Part shown: piece after piece, positions 1 through 10,645 of the stretch
How positions within the stretch are numbered: the first letter of the stretch is position 1
Layout: each line of letters begins with the position of its first letter
Assembly: GCA_016868295.1 (NCBI GenBank)
Contig: VGHJ01000009.1
Span: 901 to 64,900, forward strand
DNA: 64,000 nt
Direction of reading: 5' to 3'
Source of the DNA: Betaproteobacteria bacterium
GTDB lineage: Bacteria; Pseudomonadota; Gammaproteobacteria; Burkholderiales; Rhodocyclaceae
Translations under genes and position numbers: made by a program
The notes under the pieces: generated by a model
The model's database searches: none
Told to the model about the DNA's origin: nothing
The model's input: only the letters and a program-made list of their open reading frames with translations

Positions 1-338
1 GGGCGGCCGGAGAAGTCGACCACCACGCGCGACAGCGCCTCGTCGAGCGGCACGTAGGCATGCCCGTAGCGGCGGATGCCCTTCTTCTCGCCGACGGCCT
101 TCGCCAGCGCCTGGCCGATCGTGATGCCGACGTCCTCGACCGTGTGGTGGGCGTCGATGTGCAGGTCGCCCCTTGCCGTGACCTCGAGATCGATCATGCC
201 GTGGCGCGCCACCTGGTCGAGCATGTGCTCGAGGAAGGGCACGCCCGTGGCCAGCTTGGCCTGGCCGCTGCCGTCGAGATTGAGGCGGACGATGATCTCC
301 GTCTCCAGGGTCTTGCGCGAGATTTCGGCTTGCCGCAT
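1..338 (-). CDS. hisB: Imidazoleglycerol-phosphate dehydratase (3' end outside window)
   Basis: Manual translation [13 protein letters not shown]...[15 protein letters not shown]...[13 protein letters not shown]; HHxxED motif. Confidence 0.95.
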   Translation of the reverse strand, partial: MRQAEISRKTLETEIIVRLNLDGSGQAKLATGVPFLEHMLDQVARHGMIDLEVTARGDLHIDAHHTVEDVGITIGQALAKAVGEKKGIRRYGHAYVPLDEALSRVVVDFSGR

Positions 339-414
339 GGCGGTCGCTACGACGTTAAAAGTGATTCAGGACTGCATGATAACATTGGATTTTCCCTCTG
401 AGCACCGCCCTGGC

Positions 415-1473
415 ATGAGCCGTTTCTGGAGCGCCGTCGTCGGCAAGCTGACCCCCTACGTTCCGGGCGAGCAGCCGAAGCTGCCCAACCTGGTCAAGCT
501 GAACACCAACGAGAACCCCTATGGCCCCTCGCCCAAGGTGCTCGAGGCCCTGCGTGCCGAGACCGGCGACACCCTGCGTCTCTACCCCGATCCGAATGCC
601 GACCGCCTCAAGGAGGCCGTCGCCGGCTATTTCGGCGTGACGCCGAAGCAGGTCTTCGTCGGCAACGGCTCGGACGAGGTGCTCGCCCACGTCTTCCTCG
701 GCCTGCTCAAGCACGAAAAGCCGGTGCTCTTCCCGGACATCACCTACAGCTTCTACCCGGTGTATTGCGGGCTCTACGACGTCGCATTCGAGACCGTGCC
801 GCTGACGGAGACCTTCGAGATCCGTCCTGCGGACTACGCGCGGCCCAACGGCGGCATCATTTTTCCCAACCCGAACGCGCCGACCGGCCGCGCCCTAGCG
901 CTGGGGGACATCGAGCAGATCCTCGCCGCCAACCCGGATTCGGTCGTGGTGGTGGACGAGGCCTACGTCGATTTCGGCGCCGAGACGGCGGTGCCGCTGA
1001 TCGATCGCCACCCGAACCTGCTGGTGGTGCAGACGCTCTCCAAGTCGCGCTCCCTGGCCGGGCTGCGCGTCGGCTTCGCCGTCGGCCACGAAGACCTCAT
1101 CGAGGCGCTGGAGCGGGTGAAGAACAGCTTCAACTCCTATCCCCTCGACCGCCTCGCCATCGCCGGCGCCGTGGCGGCGATGGAGGATCGCGCCCACTAC
1201 GAGCAGACGCGCCAGGCCGTCATCAAGAGCCGCGAGGCACTGGTCAAGGAACTGGCCGCCCTCGGCTTCGAGGTGCTGCCCTCCGCAGCCAACTTCATCT
1301 TCACCCGCCACCCGCAACGCGACGCAGGCGAGCTCGCCGCCGCCCTGCGGAGCCGCAGCATCATCGTCCGCCACTTCCGCCTGCCACGCATCGAGCAGTT
1401 CCTGCGAATCACGGTAGGGACGGATATGCAGTGCAAGACGCTCACCGCAGCGCTGAGGGATATCCTCAGCTAA
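415..1473 (+). CDS. hisC: Histidinol-phosphate aminotransferase
   Basis: MSRFWS...[45 protein letters not shown] (PLP lysine). Confidence 0.95.
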   Translation: MSRFWSAVVGKLTPYVPGEQPKLPNLVKLNTNENPYGPSPKVLEALRAETGDTLRLYPDPNADRLKEAVAGYFGVTPKQVFVGNGSDEVLAHVFLGLLKHEKPVLFPDITYSFYPVYCGLYDVAFETVPLTETFEIRPADYARPNGGIIFPNPNAPTGRALALGDIEQILAANPDSVVVVDEAYVDFGAETAVPLIDRHPNLLVVQTLSKSRSLAGLRVGFAVGHEDLIEALERVKNSFNSYPLDRLAIAGAVAAMEDRAHYEQTRQAVIKSREALVKELAALGFEVLPSAANFIFTRHPQRDAGELAAALRSRSIIVRHFRLPRIEQFLRITVGTDMQCKTLTAALRDILS

Positions 1474-1535
1474 ACTTCAAATAACCCATTGTCCATATAA
1501 CGAACGCGCCCATCAACGCGGGAGGTTTGGCGTAG

Positions 1536-2216
1536 TTATCGGATCAGCCCTAGCTCGGTCACTACTTTTTCAACGTGCGGTAACCAGATCCTAGCATCCT
1601 GTATTACCCCTTCAAGAAACCCCGCTTCAATCTCGATGCTATCGCCAAGAAAATTTTGATTGGTAACTTGAATCCCCTGTAGCGCTGCGACCGCTTGACG
1701 TAGTTGCTCATGATGTTGATACGACTGCAACAACCCCGCCGCATGAACGATACAGTTTCGGACGTGAATCAGTTTTTCCAGAAGCTGAATTTTCACATCC
1801 AATTTGAGGATTGCCTTATCGTTGAATATATTTAAAGTGTAAACCGCTTCATTTACCTTCTCCGGCCTTTTCGGAAACGTGAAGCATGCGCGTTTCTTCA
1901 GTATCAGCAGCAACCACTCGATTGTAGTAATAAGCGCAACTAGCGCCGCGTACCGAACCCGTTGCCTTAAGCTCACCTCAAACCGATACTCAACGCCTTG
2001 AAGCACTTGATCGCGATATTGCGCTTCCATCCCGGGCTCTTCGAACTCTACACTGCTGCATTCTTGCTCAGCACGTCTAAGTTCTCTTCTCTTTTGCCAT
2101 CCAATATTGCTTTCTGAGAATTCAATAAAGTCTTCGAGATCCCCAAGCATTGCTAAGGTATCGAGACCATAGAATGTCTGGTCAAGCAGCGCAGTGAGGT
2201 CGATCTGGGAAGCCAT
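1536..2216 (-). CDS. Hypothetical protein, probable HEPN-family RNase
   Basis: R-x4-H motif (VRNCIVH) in a helical ~226-aa protein; AT-richer than flanks; alternative TTG start at 2225. Confidence 0.55.
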   Translation of the reverse strand: MASQIDLTALLDQTFYGLDTLAMLGDLEDFIEFSESNIGWQKRRELRRAEQECSSVEFEEPGMEAQYRDQVLQGVEYRFEVSLRQRVRYAALVALITTIEWLLLILKKRACFTFPKRPEKVNEAVYTLNIFNDKAILKLDVKIQLLEKLIHVRNCIVHAAGLLQSYQHHEQLRQAVAALQGIQVTNQNFLGDSIEIEAGFLEGVIQDARIWLPHVEKVVTELGLIR

Positions 2217-2242
2217 GTCACCCAAGGAGTTGAAGTTATTCT

Positions 2243-2935
2243 CTAGCTCCTCCAGTTAAGGGGATTACCGTCACCACGCATGTCACCGGACACCTGCGCC
2301 AGATTGAAATCGATCCGGATTTGACGAATAACGCGTTGCGGGCCGGCCGAGGAACCTAGAACGCGAATTGCTTCGTTAAGTGCCTTCGCCGCCGCCTTGT
2401 TCCCGCTTCCAATAAGCTCACGAGCGAAATCCAACAACTGTGGGTCGCTTCCAAAATACAACTTGAGAAAATCAGATTCCATCGTTTGAGCGAGCTTTAC
2501 CCGATCAGCAAAAACCTTCGCCTCCAACAGGTATGCACGATAAGTGTTCGCAAGGCGCCATGAGATCCTTGCGAGCCGGGAGTTGAGTTCAAGAAGGTCA
2601 GGATAATACTTGAGAGCAACACTCCAATCCCGCATGAGAGGATCGGAGCCAGTAGGCTCGGCACTTGCATCATCGGCAAAATATGGATCGCTAGCAGATG
2701 CATTTGATCCCCTTAGATCATCATACTTGCTCCGCATAACAGGGTCAGATAGAACCTGATACGCTTCATTGATTTCGCTCATACGGCGATTCGCTTCGTT
2801 CTCAGAGCCAGTAAATCTATCTGGATGATACCGCTGAGCGAGTGCCCTGTATGCTGCGCGGATTACAACATCTTCTGCGTTTGGCAGTACCCCAAGAACA
2901 GCGTAGTAGTCTATTGTTGGATCCATGATCTTCAT
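2243..2935 (-). CDS. J-domain (DnaJ-like) protein with unknown C-terminal domain
   Basis: DYYAVLGV...YRALAQRYHPDR...INEAYQVLSDP; HPD motif; AT-richer. Confidence 0.85.
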   Translation of the reverse strand: MKIMDPTIDYYAVLGVLPNAEDVVIRAAYRALAQRYHPDRFTGSENEANRRMSEINEAYQVLSDPVMRSKYDDLRGSNASASDPYFADDASAEPTGSDPLMRDWSVALKYYPDLLELNSRLARISWRLANTYRAYLLEAKVFADRVKLAQTMESDFLKLYFGSDPQLLDFARELIGSGNKAAAKALNEAIRVLGSSAGPQRVIRQIRIDFNLAQVSGDMRGDGNPLNWRS

Positions 2936-3231
2936 CCGCGATGCGCTTCGGCATGCAGCTTCAAGCCGAGAGCGTGCACAACCTTGAGGATGGTGTCGAA
3001 GCCCGGGCTGCGTTCGCCGGAGAGCGCCTTGTACAGGCTTTCGCGCGAGAGGCCCGCATCGCGCGCGACCTGCGCCATGCCCTTGGCGCGCGCGATGTCG
3101 CCGAGCGCCTTGGCGATAAAGGCCGCATCGCCGTTCGCCTCCTCCATGCAGGCTTCTAGATAGGCCGCCATTTCCTCCGTGGTGCGGAGATGTTCGGCGA
3201 CATCGTAGCGGGTGGTCTTGGTTATTTTCAT
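2932..3231 (-). CDS. Addiction-module antitoxin, HTH (HigA-like)
   Basis: YDVAEHL...ALGDIARAKGMAQVARDAGLSRESLYKALSGERSPGFDTILKV; AGGA RBS upstream. Confidence 0.9.
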   Translation of the reverse strand: MKITKTTRYDVAEHLRTTEEMAAYLEACMEEANGDAAFIAKALGDIARAKGMAQVARDAGLSRESLYKALSGERSPGFDTILKVVHALGLKLHAEAHRG

Positions 3232-3239
3232 CGTCATTC

Positions 3240-3530
3240 CTAAAGGTTGCGGGCGAGGCGCAAGGCAGTCTTGATGTCGCTGGCCTGGCTGCTCTTGTCG
3301 CCGCCAGCCAACAGGATGATCAGCTCTCTTCCGCGCTTTCTGAAATACACCCGGTAACCGGGGCCGTAATCGATCCGTAATTCCGAGACGCCCTCCCCGA
3401 CCGGCTTGACGTCTCCGGGGTTGCCCGCCGCCAGCCGTTCGATCCTCGCCTGGACGCGCGCCCTCGCGTGAATGTCGCGCAGACCGTCCAGCCACACGGC
3501 GAAGACCTCCGTCTTGCGGATTTCGATCAT
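3240..3530 (-). CDS. RelE/HigB-family addiction-module killer toxin
   Basis: WLDGLRD...GNPGDVKPVGEGVSELRIDYGPGYRVYF...LLAGGDKSSQ; upstream of HTH antitoxin. Confidence 0.9.
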   Translation of the reverse strand: MIEIRKTEVFAVWLDGLRDIHARARVQARIERLAAGNPGDVKPVGEGVSELRIDYGPGYRVYFRKRGRELIILLAGGDKSSQASDIKTALRLARNL

Positions 3531-3538
3531 AGAGTAAC

Positions 3539-3556
3539 TGTAGCCGCGCGGCTACA
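3539..3556. promoter_or_regulatory. Perfect 18-bp palindrome, probable TA autorepression operator
   Basis: TGTAGCCGC/GCGGCTACA, 8 bp upstream of toxin start. Confidence 0.75.
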
Positions 3557-3575
3557 CATTGTCAATGAAATGAAT

Positions 3576-3600
3576 CGCCGTATCGCAGCGACTGACTTTT
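3576..3600 (-). repeat. Dispersed motif AGTCAGTC-N8-ACGGCG, exact copy
   Basis: Reverse complement reads aaaagtcagtcgctgcgatacggcg. Confidence 0.9.
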
Positions 3601-3630
3601 CCCCCGACGATTCGGAAGCAAAGGAGGAGC

Positions 3631-3807
3631 GGGCCAAGGGCGAGGCTGCCGCCGATTTCGCGGCCGCCGCCGCGGCGGCGCGCTCGCCGGGGATGTCCGG
3701 GCCTGCTGTCCGAGCGCAGCGAGTTTGCAGGCCCGGCCGGCGGGCGCGACGACGCAAGGGCACCCGCAGGGCGGCCGCGCATGAGGCGGCAGCTTCGCCC
3801 TTGGCCC
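3631..3807. repeat. ~177-bp nested inverted-repeat element (MITE/REPIN-like or structured RNA)
   Basis: 23-bp arms 3631-3653 and 3785-3807 (1 G.T mismatch) plus three inner complementary pairs. Confidence 0.7.
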
Positions 3808-3830
3808 ACGGGCAGAGAGTACGAAAGGGT

Positions 3831-4124
3831 TTAAGCAGCGGCCAGCTTGAAATTGATCGTCTTGCCGAGCGCGGCCGCGGCGCTCGCCAGCGTGGTCAGG
3901 GTCAGGCTGGTATCTTCCTCGTCGAGCAGGCGATTCAGCGCGGCGCGGCTGGTGTGCATGCGCTTCGCCAGCTCGGTCTTGGTGATCTTCTGGTGCTTCA
4001 TTTCCTCGGCGATCTGCCAGGCGATCACCCGCTTGATCGCAACGGCGGTGGCATCCTCGAGCATCGCCTGCTCCATGAGGAAATCATCGAAATTGCTGCC
4101 GATGTTTTTCTTGCCCATGCTCAT
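3831..4124 (-). CDS. XRE-family HTH antitoxin
   Basis: NIGSNFDDFL...ITKTELAKRMHTSRAALNRLLD...LTLTTL; ATGA overlap with toxin stop. Confidence 0.85.
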   Translation of the reverse strand: MSMGKKNIGSNFDDFLMEQAMLEDATAVAIKRVIAWQIAEEMKHQKITKTELAKRMHTSRAALNRLLDEEDTSLTLTTLASAAAALGKTINFKLAAA

Positions 4125-4462
4125 CTCCGTCTCAACTGTTTCAGCCGATCCCGGGCCAGATCGAGATCGGATTTGGGGGTGGCCTGCTGCTTTTTGATGA
4201 AACCGTGCAGGAGCACCATGATTTGTCCGTCCAGTGCGAACAGCACGCGGGCGATGCGGTTGTCCAGCCTGATCCGCACCTCCCATATGTCGCCCGTCAG
4301 GTGATCGACCAGCGGCATGCCGAGCGGCCAGCCGAACTGCACCGTCTTGATGTTCTCGCCGATGGTCTTGCGCTCTGCGGCCGGCAGTTCCTTCAGCCAA
4401 TCCCGAACGGGTTCGGCACCGGCATCGGTCCGAAAGAAGCGCACGTCCAGGACGGGTTTCAT
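4121..4462 (-). CDS. RelE-like toxin (Gp49/DUF891 type)
   Basis: FFRTDAGAEPVRDWL...QFGWPLGMP...IWEVR...VLLHGFIKKQQATP. Confidence 0.85.
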   Translation of the reverse strand: MKPVLDVRFFRTDAGAEPVRDWLKELPAAERKTIGENIKTVQFGWPLGMPLVDHLTGDIWEVRIRLDNRIARVLFALDGQIMVLLHGFIKKQQATPKSDLDLARDRLKQLRRR

Positions 4463-4469
4463 GGGCAGC

Positions 4470-4491
4470 AATGTACCAATATTGGTACATT
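4470..4491. promoter_or_regulatory. Perfect 22-bp palindrome, probable TA operator
   Basis: AATGTACCAAT/ATTGGTACATT, 7 bp upstream of toxin start. Confidence 0.8.
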
Positions 4492-4524
4492 TGCGCAAGG
4501 GACTGCAGGAACTGCAGGCGAGAC

Positions 4525-5823
4525 TCAGCCCTTTTTCAGGCGCAATTCCGCCGCCCGTGCGTGGGCCTGCAGGCCCTCGCCATGGGCGAGCGTCGAGGCG
4601 ATGCGGCCGAGCTTGTCGGCGCCGCCGGCCGAGACCTCGATGATCGAGGTGCGCTTCTGGAAATCGTAGACGCCGAGCGGCGAGGAGAAGCGCGCGCTGC
4701 GCGAGGTCGGCAGCACGTGGTTCGGCCCGGCGCAGTAGTCGCCGAGCGATTCCGAGGTGTAGCGGCCGACGAAGATGGCGCCGGCGTGGCGGATCCTGTC
4801 CACCAGCGCGTTCGGCTCGGCCACGGAGAGTTCGAGGTGCTCCGGCGCGATGCGGTTGGCGATGGTGCAGGCTTCCTCGAGGTCGCGCACCTCGATCAGC
4901 GCGCCACGCCCGGCGAGGGAAGCCGAGATCACGTCCTTGCGCGGCATCTCCGGCAGCAGGCGGGCGAGGCTGTGCGCCACCGCGTCGATGAAGCGCAGGT
5001 CCGGGCAGAGCAGGATCGACTGCGCCAGCTCGTCGTGCTCGGCCTGGGCGAAGAGGTCCATCGCCACCCAGTCCGGATCGGTCGAGCCGTCGGCGATGAC
5101 CAGCACCTCCGAGGGACCGGCCACCATATCGATGCCGACCACGCCGAAGACGCGCCGCTTGGCGGCTGCGACGTAGGCGTTGCCGGGACCGACGATCTTG
5201 TCCACCTGCGGGATGGTCTGCGTGCCGTAGGCCAGCGCGCCCACCGCCTGCGCGCCGCCCAGGGTGAACACGCGGTCGACGCCGGCGAGCGCCGCCGCGG
5301 CCAGCACCAGGGCGTTCTTCTCGCCGCGCGGCGTCGGCACCGTCATGATCAGTTCGCCGACGCCGGCCACCTTGGCCGGGATCGCGTTCATCAGCACCGA
5401 GCTGGGATAGGCCGCCTTGCCGCCCGGCACGTAGAGGCCGACGCGGTCGAGCGGCGTCACCTTCTGGCCGAGGCGCGTGCCGTCGGCCTCGGTGTACTCC
5501 CAGGAGGCGGCGAGCTGCTTCTGGTGATACAGGGCGATGCGCGTGGCGGCCTGCTCCAGCGCCTCGCGCTGTTCGGCCGGCAGGTTGAACAGCGCCGCTT
5601 CCAGTTCGCGCTTGGGCAATTCGAGTTCGACCATGGCCTTCGCCTGCAGGTGGTCGAAGCGGCGCGTGTATTCCAGCACGGCTGCGTCGCCGACGGTACG
5701 CACCGCCATGAGGATCTCCGCCACCGCCTGCTCGATGCTGTCGTCCTGGGCGTTCTCGAAGGCCAGCAGCGCGGCAAGCTGCTGGGTGAAATCCGGGTCG
5801 CGGGTGGTGAGGCGCTTAATCAC
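4525..5823 (-). CDS. hisD: Histidinol dehydrogenase
   Basis: [47 protein letters not shown]. Confidence 0.97.
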   Translation of the reverse strand: MIKRLTTRDPDFTQQLAALLAFENAQDDSIEQAVAEILMAVRTVGDAAVLEYTRRFDHLQAKAMVELELPKRELEAALFNLPAEQREALEQAATRIALYHQKQLAASWEYTEADGTRLGQKVTPLDRVGLYVPGGKAAYPSSVLMNAIPAKVAGVGELIMTVPTPRGEKNALVLAAAALAGVDRVFTLGGAQAVGALAYGTQTIPQVDKIVGPGNAYVAAAKRRVFGVVGIDMVAGPSEVLVIADGSTDPDWVAMDLFAQAEHDELAQSILLCPDLRFIDAVAHSLARLLPEMPRKDVISASLAGRGALIEVRDLEEACTIANRIAPEHLELSVAEPNALVDRIRHAGAIFVGRYTSESLGDYCAGPNHVLPTSRSARFSSPLGVYDFQKRTSIIEVSAGGADKLGRIASTLAHGEGLQAHARAAELRLKKG

Positions 5824-6460
5824 GGACGGCTCCGGCGAAGGCGTCGATGACGGGCTGCAGCAGTTCGCGCTTCATCTTCAGCGAGGCCTGGTTCACGATC
5901 AGGCGCGAGGAGATCGGCATGATGTCCTCCACCGCCACGAGGTTGTTGGCCTTCAGCGTGTTGCCGCTCGAGACGAGGTCGACGATGGCGTCGGCCAAGC
6001 CGACCAGCGGCGCCAGCTCCATCGAGCCGTAGAGCTTGATCAGGTCGACATGCACGCCCTTGTCGGCGAAGTGCTCGCGCGCTGTCTGGATGTACTTGGT
6101 CGCCACGCGCAGGCGCGCGCCGCGGCGCACGGCGGCGGCGTAGTCGAAGCCGTTGGGCACCGCCACCGCCATGCGGCAGCGGGCGATCTTGAGATCCAGC
6201 GGCTGGTAGAGGCCGGCGCCGCCGTGTTCGATCAGCACGTCCTTGCCGGCGATGCCGAGGTCGGCGGCGCCGTACTGCACGTAGGTCGGCGTGTCCGAGG
6301 CGCGCACGATGACCAGGCGCACGTCGGCGCGGTTGGTATCGAGGATGAGCTTGCGCGAGGTCTCCGGATCGTCGGCCGGCACGATGCCCGCTGCCGCCAA
6401 GAGCGGCAGGGTTTCCTCGAAGATGCGGCCCTTGGAGAGGGCGATGGTGATGCCGGTCAC
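5816..6460 (-). CDS. hisG: ATP phosphoribosyltransferase, short form
   Basis: [54 protein letters not shown]. Confidence 0.96.
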   Translation of the reverse strand: MTGITIALSKGRIFEETLPLLAAAGIVPADDPETSRKLILDTNRADVRLVIVRASDTPTYVQYGAADLGIAGKDVLIEHGGAGLYQPLDLKIARCRMAVAVPNGFDYAAAVRRGARLRVATKYIQTAREHFADKGVHVDLIKLYGSMELAPLVGLADAIVDLVSSGNTLKANNLVAVEDIMPISSRLIVNQASLKMKRELLQPVIDAFAGAVRD

Positions 6461-6503
6461 GGCACTTTTCCAATCATTAAAAAAACATGATTTTACCGCA
6501 GAC

Positions 6504-6528
6504 AAAAGTCAGTCCCTGCGGGACGGCG
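6504..6528 (+). repeat. Dispersed motif AGTCAGTC-N8-ACGGCG, exact copy (murA-hisG intergenic)
   Basis: aaaagtcagtccctgcgggacggcg; identical to 27639-27663. Confidence 0.9.
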
Positions 6529-6533
6529 ATGCG

Positions 6534-8025
<1,492 letters not shown>

Positions 8026-8033
8026 GTGTTTTC

Positions 8034-8789
8034 CTATGCGCGAAGCTTGTAGCCTATCCTGAGCAGCCACAAGGTGAAAAGGGTGAGCGCCGCGAAGCAT
8101 CCGCTCACCACGCCGAGGCTGGTCCAGGGCGAGACGTCGGAAACGCCGAAAAAGCCGTGGCGGAAGCCGTCGATCATGTAGAAGATCGGGTTGAAATGGG
8201 AGACCTGCTGCCAGAAGGGCGGCAGCGAATGGATCGAGTAGAACACGCCGGAGAGGAAGGTCAACGGCATGATGATGAAGTTCTGGAAGGCTGCGAGCTG
8301 GTCGAACTTTTCGGCCCAGATGCCGGCAACCACGCCCATCGCGCCCATGATCGCCCCGCCCAGCAAGGCGAAGGCGAGAATCCACAGCGGGGCCTGCCAG
8401 GGCAGGTCGACCAGCCACAGCGTCGCCAGCAGCACGCCCAGGCCGACGACGATGCCGCGCGCAATGGCCGCCAGCACGAAGGCGGCGAAAAACTGGGCAT
8501 AGGAGATCGGCGGCAGCAGCATGAAGATGATGTTGCCCGTCACCTTCGACTGGATGAGCGATGAGGAACTGTTGGCGAAGGCGTTCTGCAGCAGCGACAT
8601 CATCGCCAGCCCGGGCAGCAGGAAGGACGTATAGGAAACGTTTTCGTATACCCGCACATGCCGCTCGAGCACATGGGAAAAGATGAGCAGGAACAGCAGC
8701 GCCGTCAGGATCGGCGCCGCCACCGTCTGGAAGCTCACTTTCCAGAAGCGCAGCACTTCCTTGTAGAGCAGGGTCGCGAATCCGCCCAT
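8034..8789 (-). CDS. ABC-2 transporter permease (YadH-like)
   Basis: LLYKEVLRFW, FIIMPLTFLSGVFYSI, NPIFYMIDGFR. Confidence 0.9.
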   Translation of the reverse strand: MGGFATLLYKEVLRFWKVSFQTVAAPILTALLFLLIFSHVLERHVRVYENVSYTSFLLPGLAMMSLLQNAFANSSSSLIQSKVTGNIIFMLLPPISYAQFFAAFVLAAIARGIVVGLGVLLATLWLVDLPWQAPLWILAFALLGGAIMGAMGVVAGIWAEKFDQLAAFQNFIIMPLTFLSGVFYSIHSLPPFWQQVSHFNPIFYMIDGFRHGFFGVSDVSPWTSLGVVSGCFAALTLFTLWLLRIGYKLRA

Positions 8790-9691
8790 CAGCCGCGCTC
8801 CATGACGCGCAGGAAGACTTCCTCGAGGTCGGGCTTGCCAATCTCGATGTCTTCGACGCTACAGCCCGCCTCGCGCAGGCAGGCGAGCGCCAGCTCGATT
8901 TCCCCGCAACTGCCCAAAGCCAGCACATGCTCGCCGCCGGGACCGGCCGAAACGCGTGCGCGCAAGGACTCGGGCAGCGCCGTGCCCGCGCCCAGGCGCA
9001 GGCGCAGGGAGTGCCCGGAGAAGCGCTGCAGCAGGTTGGCGGTCGTGTCGAGCGCGACGATGCGCCCCTGCTTGAGCATGGCGATGCGCCCGCACAGGCT
9101 CTCGGCCTCCTCCAGGTAATGCGTGGTCAGCACGATGGTATGGCCATCCCGATTGAGCCGGCGGATGAAGCCCCACAGTGCCTGGCGCAACTCGACATCG
9201 ACCCCGGCGGTCGGCTCGTCGAGCACGATCACCGACGGCCGGTGCACCAGCGCTTGGGCGACGAGCACGCGCCGCTTCATTCCGCCCGAGAGCTGGCGCA
9301 TGTTGGTGTTCGCCTTCTCGGTCAGATCAAGGTTCTCGAGGATCTCGCCGATCCAGTCAGAATTGTCGTGGATGCCGAAGTAGCCCGACTGGATCCGCAG
9401 CGTTTCGCGCACCGTGAAAAAGGGATCGAAGACCAGTTCCTGCGGCACAACGCCGAGCAGGCGGCGGGCAGCGCGATAGTCCGAAGCCACGTCGTGTCCC
9501 ATGACGGCCAGACGACCGGCATCTGGCCGCACCAGCCCGGCGAGGGCGGAAATCAGGGTGGTCTTGCCCGCCCCGTTCGGCCCCAGCAGTCCGAAGAACT
9601 CCCCTTGGGCCACTTCGAGGTCTATGCCGCCTAGAGCAAGGACGCTGCCAAAGCGCTTGGTCACGCCTTCGATGCGTATCGCCGGACCCAT
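8789..9691 (-). CDS. ABC transporter ATP-binding protein (YadG-like)
   Basis: GPNGAGKTT, LSGGMKRR, LDEPTAGVD, TTHY. Confidence 0.92.
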   Translation of the reverse strand: MGPAIRIEGVTKRFGSVLALGGIDLEVAQGEFFGLLGPNGAGKTTLISALAGLVRPDAGRLAVMGHDVASDYRAARRLLGVVPQELVFDPFFTVRETLRIQSGYFGIHDNSDWIGEILENLDLTEKANTNMRQLSGGMKRRVLVAQALVHRPSVIVLDEPTAGVDVELRQALWGFIRRLNRDGHTIVLTTHYLEEAESLCGRIAMLKQGRIVALDTTANLLQRFSGHSLRLRLGAGTALPESLRARVSAGPGGEHVLALGSCGEIELALACLREAGCSVEDIEIGKPDLEEVFLRVMERG

Positions 9692-9715
9692 GCTGATTTC
9701 TATTGAATCGCCGGC

Positions 9716-10000
9716 TTAGGCCAGCGGAAGGAGATCGGTGACGCCGTAGAGCCGGGCAAGACTGAGCAGGTTCTGCGGGGGGTGCGCGATGCGCACCGTC
9801 TTGCCGGCACGCTGCGCCGCGCGCACCCAGCCGAAGATGACCGTCAGGCCGGAGGAGTCGATTTCCTGGACTTGCGCCAGATCGAAGACGACATCCTTCC
9901 TGCTTTCCACCTGCCGGCTGCCGGCGTCCAGCATCTGCTTGGCGGACCCGAGCGTGAGCGGGCCGGTCACCTCGAGCCGATCTCCGGCGTCGCGAATCAT
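9716..10000 (-). CDS. mlaB: STAS-domain protein of Mla system
   Basis: DLAQVQEIDSSGL STAS motif; position in mla operon. Confidence 0.85.
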   Translation of the reverse strand: MIRDAGDRLEVTGPLTLGSAKQMLDAGSRQVESRKDVVFDLAQVQEIDSSGLTVIFGWVRAAQRAGKTVRIAHPPQNLLSLARLYGVTDLLPLA

Positions 10001-10623
10001 TACTTGGCCGAGGCTTCCAGGGTCTTGTTCTTGGCCTGCAGCGTCTTGATCAGGCCATCGATGCCGCCGTTGCGCACTTCGGTGGCGAAGCTGGAGCGGT
10101 AGTTGGTCACCAGGCTGACGCCGGCGATGACCACGTCATAGACCTTCCAGCCCTGCGCGTTTTTCTCCAGGCTGTAGTCCAGCGTGATCGGCTGCTTGGC
10201 GCCGGGCTGGTGAATCTGGGTGCGCACGATCACATCGGTTTCGCCCGGCTGCATCTTGAAGGGCTTGTAATCCACCGTCTCGTTCTTGTAGGCGATCAGC
10301 GCGTTCGAATAGGTGCGCACCAGCAGTTCCTTGAAAGCCTCGGTCAGCGCCTTCTGCTGTGCCGTATCGGCCTGGCGCCAGTCCTTGCCCACCGCCAGCG
10401 CCGTCATGCGCGAAAAGTTGAAATGCGGCAGCACCTTCTGTTCGACCAGCTCGATCGCGCGCTTGGTGCTGCCGGCCTTGATGTCCTTGTCCTTGCGGAT
10501 GATATCGAGGACCTCGTTGGTGACGGTCTTGACGAGAACGTCGGGTGCGGTTTCCTGCGCGTGGACGCCAAGGGGCAGGAAAAGGCTGGCGGCCGACGCC
10601 AGCAAAAAGGCGAATAGCTTCAT
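10000..10623 (-). CDS. mlaC: Phospholipid-binding periplasmic protein (Ttg2D)
   Basis: Signal peptide; FNFSRMT..AVG, WKVYDV.IAGVSLVTNYR. Confidence 0.93.
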   Translation of the reverse strand: MKLFAFLLASAASLFLPLGVHAQETAPDVLVKTVTNEVLDIIRKDKDIKAGSTKRAIELVEQKVLPHFNFSRMTALAVGKDWRQADTAQQKALTEAFKELLVRTYSNALIAYKNETVDYKPFKMQPGETDVIVRTQIHQPGAKQPITLDYSLEKNAQGWKVYDVVIAGVSLVTNYRSSFATEVRNGGIDGLIKTLQAKNKTLEASAK

Positions 10624-10645
10624 GGTTTACCGGAAAGCAGATTGA

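Noticed and set aside
1495-1541. attC-like signature: HEPN stop codon within CGATAAC, and GTTATAT 47 bp away
   Set aside because: Shorter than typical attC sites, inner L boxes are not complementary, and no integron integrase or second site is seen; at most a degenerate remnant.
1473-2237. 8-bp inverted repeat (AACTTCAA / TTGAAGTT) flanking the HEPN-like gene
   Set aside because: Too short in AT-rich DNA to separate from chance; no target-site duplication or transposase.
3468-3809. ORFs predicted across the hairpin element (3468-4304 +, 3527-3763 -, 3552-3809 -)
   Set aside because: Low-complexity translations of a GC-rich inverted repeat, overlapping TA genes; no protein features.
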